NCBI RefSeq assembly: GCF_001194135.2
Contig: NC_068986.1
Location: forward strand, 72,975,765 to 73,026,497
Direction of reading: 5' to 3'
DNA from: Octopus bimaculoides
Taxonomy: Eukaryota
DNA: 50,733 nucleotides
Under the pieces are notes generated by a model. That model was not told the origin of the DNA. It saw only the letters and a list, made by a program, of their open reading frames with translations, and did not search any database. A program made the translations under genes and the position numbers. Numbering within the stretch: position 1 is the first letter of the stretch; every line of letters starts with the position of its first letter. Of the stretch, positions 48,591 through 50,733 are shown piece by piece.

Positions 48591-49904
48591 TTATATATAT
48601 ATATATATAGGCTTATTGTTCCATATAATATTTAGGTTAGGTTATGTACTTTCACTCAGAACTCTTGTTTTCCTATCTATTCTGTTACTTAAATCCATTT
48701 CTTAACTTGGCTTTTCACCCTCCTGGTGAGATTGATAATAATATAAAATGTATCAGCAAATAGATTGTAAAATTAGTTCAAAGTACCAAACACTCCTTTG
48801 AACAAAATGAATTTCTGATAGGCTAGTATTCTATTGAACTATCTAGCCCTATCCTCTATCATGAGATATCCAGTTAGTATTTTAGTAAGCTGATAGAATA
48901 TCTGACTCTATTAACCTGACTTGGTTTAAGTAGTTAATAATCTGATATTTGAAGTGCTAATTTGGTCAGTAGCCACAAGAAAACATCGGTTTATTTACAC
49001 TAAATGAGAAGAAATTTGAATTTGTAAGTTGATGGAAATTATTAATATTTAATATAAGCAACTCATTAGTAATAAAGTTAATAACTTTTTCAATTGAAAT
49101 TTCTACTTCATAGTTGTCCTCAATTTTGGTAAACATGCACAGCCAAAGATGTGTTGTTTAAGAAGTTTGTTTCAATAGTGTGTAGTTTGCTCAACATCTT
49201 GGCCAACTGTTTTCTATCAATGCCTTCTGAGTGAAATAGAAGCAAATTGTTTGGAAGCCCCTCAGAGAGACTGACCATGTACACCACTAGCAGAGTCCAT
49301 TCAGATGGAAGCATTCAGACCAGGTCTGAGAATAACTTCCTTCTTTCCACCAATCTTTAAACTCTGCAGAGTGATGGTGGCTACCCCACTTCCTTTGACT
49401 CTGCTATTAAGTAATCAAGGTTACATTATTTCCCATGAACTGTATTAGGTGATTATTGCCAGAAATGTTAGTGGCAATAACATGATGTTTACCTTTACTT
49501 GAAAAACACTTTTATTGAAAATTGCCTCTATTTTATCTCAGTTACATGTGAGAAAGTTAAGAGTTTTGCAGTTAAAGATATTGATGTATAACAACTCTGC
49601 TTGTTCTTGTAATGTTTTATTACATCTTTTTTCCTGAATGCTTAAACAAAATTGAAGACTTTCAGGCAAACTTCATCTTTTGAGTGAGCCAGTTCTTCAA
49701 CTGGCTTTAGTTGCATTATTCCTACATAAATACATAACTTGATGAGATTCATACCTAGAAGTTTATTTCCATTGCACGGTTTTTAACAGTTAATTTCCAT
49801 AGTCCTTTAAGTGGTCATAATTTAGGAACCTTTAGTAGCCATATTGTAGTACTAGTCTACACTGGTCTTGCTGATTGGGTTTTCAGTTATCTTTCAACTT
49901 TAAC

Positions 49905-50097
49905 CTGTTTCAATCATTAGACTGTGACCATGCTGGGGTACTGGCTTGCTGGGTTTAATCAAATAAATTGACCCCAGTACTTATTTTTAAGTCTAGTACT
50001 TCTTCTATCAGTGGCTTTGGTCAAAACTGCTGATTTTCAGGGATGTAAACAAACCAACATCTGTTATCAAGCAGTGGTGGAGCATGCACAAATACAG

Positions 50098-50130
<33 letters not shown>

Positions 50131-50330
50131 CGGCACACACACACGCATGTGCATACACACACACACACACACACACATGATGGGCTTCCTTTAAATTTCC
50201 ATCTTTCAAATTCACTCACAAGACATTGGCCAGCCCAGGGTTATAGTAGAAGACACTGCCCCAAGATGCTGCACAGTATGACTGAACACAAAATCACATG
50301 GTTGCAAAATGTGCTTCTTAACCACTTCAT
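49905..50330 (-). mobile_element. SINE family A with internal (TA)n(CA)n
   Basis: Reverse complement of family A. Confidence 0.82.
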
Positions 50331-50384
50331 CTCAGAGCAACATTTTAACAACAAATCCTCTTACATTTATATTCAGATATTACA

Positions 50385-50733
50385 GATACAAATAATTACA
50401 GAGGCATCAAGCTGTTAGATCAGGTTATGAAAGTTACAGAGAGGGTCATAGCCCAACTAATTAGGGAGCGAATCAATTTAGATGAGATGCAGTTTGGGTT
50501 CGTGCCAGGTAAAAGCACTACTGATGCCTTATTTCTAGTGAGACAGCTGCAGGAGAAATACCTAGCTAAGGATAAACCTCTGTACCTGGCTTTTGTTGAC
50601 ATGGAGAAAGCCTTTGACAGGGTCCCCCGATCCCTTATCTGGTGGTCAATGAGGAAACTTGGGATAGAAGAATGGTTAGTGAGAGCTGTGCGAGCCATGT
50701 ACAGAGATGCTGCCAGTAAGGTGAGGGTTGAAA
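50385..50733 (+). mobile_element. Young RTE LINE RT segment, open reading frame running off the window end
   Basis: 116 uninterrupted codons, DTNNYRGIKLLDQVMKVTERVIAQLIRERINLDEMQFGFVPGKSTTDALFLVRQLQEKYLAKDKPLYLAFVDMEKAFDRVPRSLIWWSMRKLGIEEWLVRAVRAMYRDAASKVRVE; CpGs retained. Confidence 0.93.

Noticed and set aside
49004-49029. ATGAGAAGAAATTTGAATTT|GTAAGT, a short ATG exon with a perfect donor
   Set aside because: It lies downstream of exon 2, its phase 2 does not match the phase-0 exon 3, and the peptide is not PITP-like.
1-50733. CRISPR arrays, operons, rRNA or other prokaryotic/viral systems
   Set aside because: There are no regularly spaced repeat-spacer units or long intact non-TE ORFs; all features fit a metazoan gene with large introns.

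Overview
AT-rich, repeat-dominated animal genomic DNA. It is most likely an octopus (cephalopod) short-read scaffold; this is inferred from the SINE/RTE repeat families and (TA)n-flanked N gaps and cannot be confirmed from the window. Almost all ORFs in the supplied track are microsatellite or transposon artefacts. The real host gene is absent from the ORF track: a class I phosphatidylinositol transfer protein (PITPalpha/beta, vibrator-type) on the + strand. Its 17-nt coding exon 1 (15222-15238) splices across a 31,381-nt intron to a 31-nt exon 2 (46620-46650), giving MLIYEYRVVLPMKVEE; exon 3 lies beyond the window. A probable terminal exon of an unidentified upstream + strand gene lies at 11063-11107. 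The rest consists of an internally deleted two-LTR Ty3/Gypsy element, a rearranged Penelope-like element, two RTE LINE families (one with a young open-frame copy), a CR1/L2-type LINE remnant, Tc1, mariner, maT and hAT derivatives (including a Tc1 nested in a hAT MITE), several fold-back elements and at least three tRNA-head SINE types. The most notable signals are the microexon architecture, the inverted RTE copies flanking exon 2, the load of long inverted repeats in intron 1, and a CpG-retaining domain with several promoter-like motif clusters. No prokaryotic-type systems (CRISPR, operons, rRNA or true tRNA genes) are supported.
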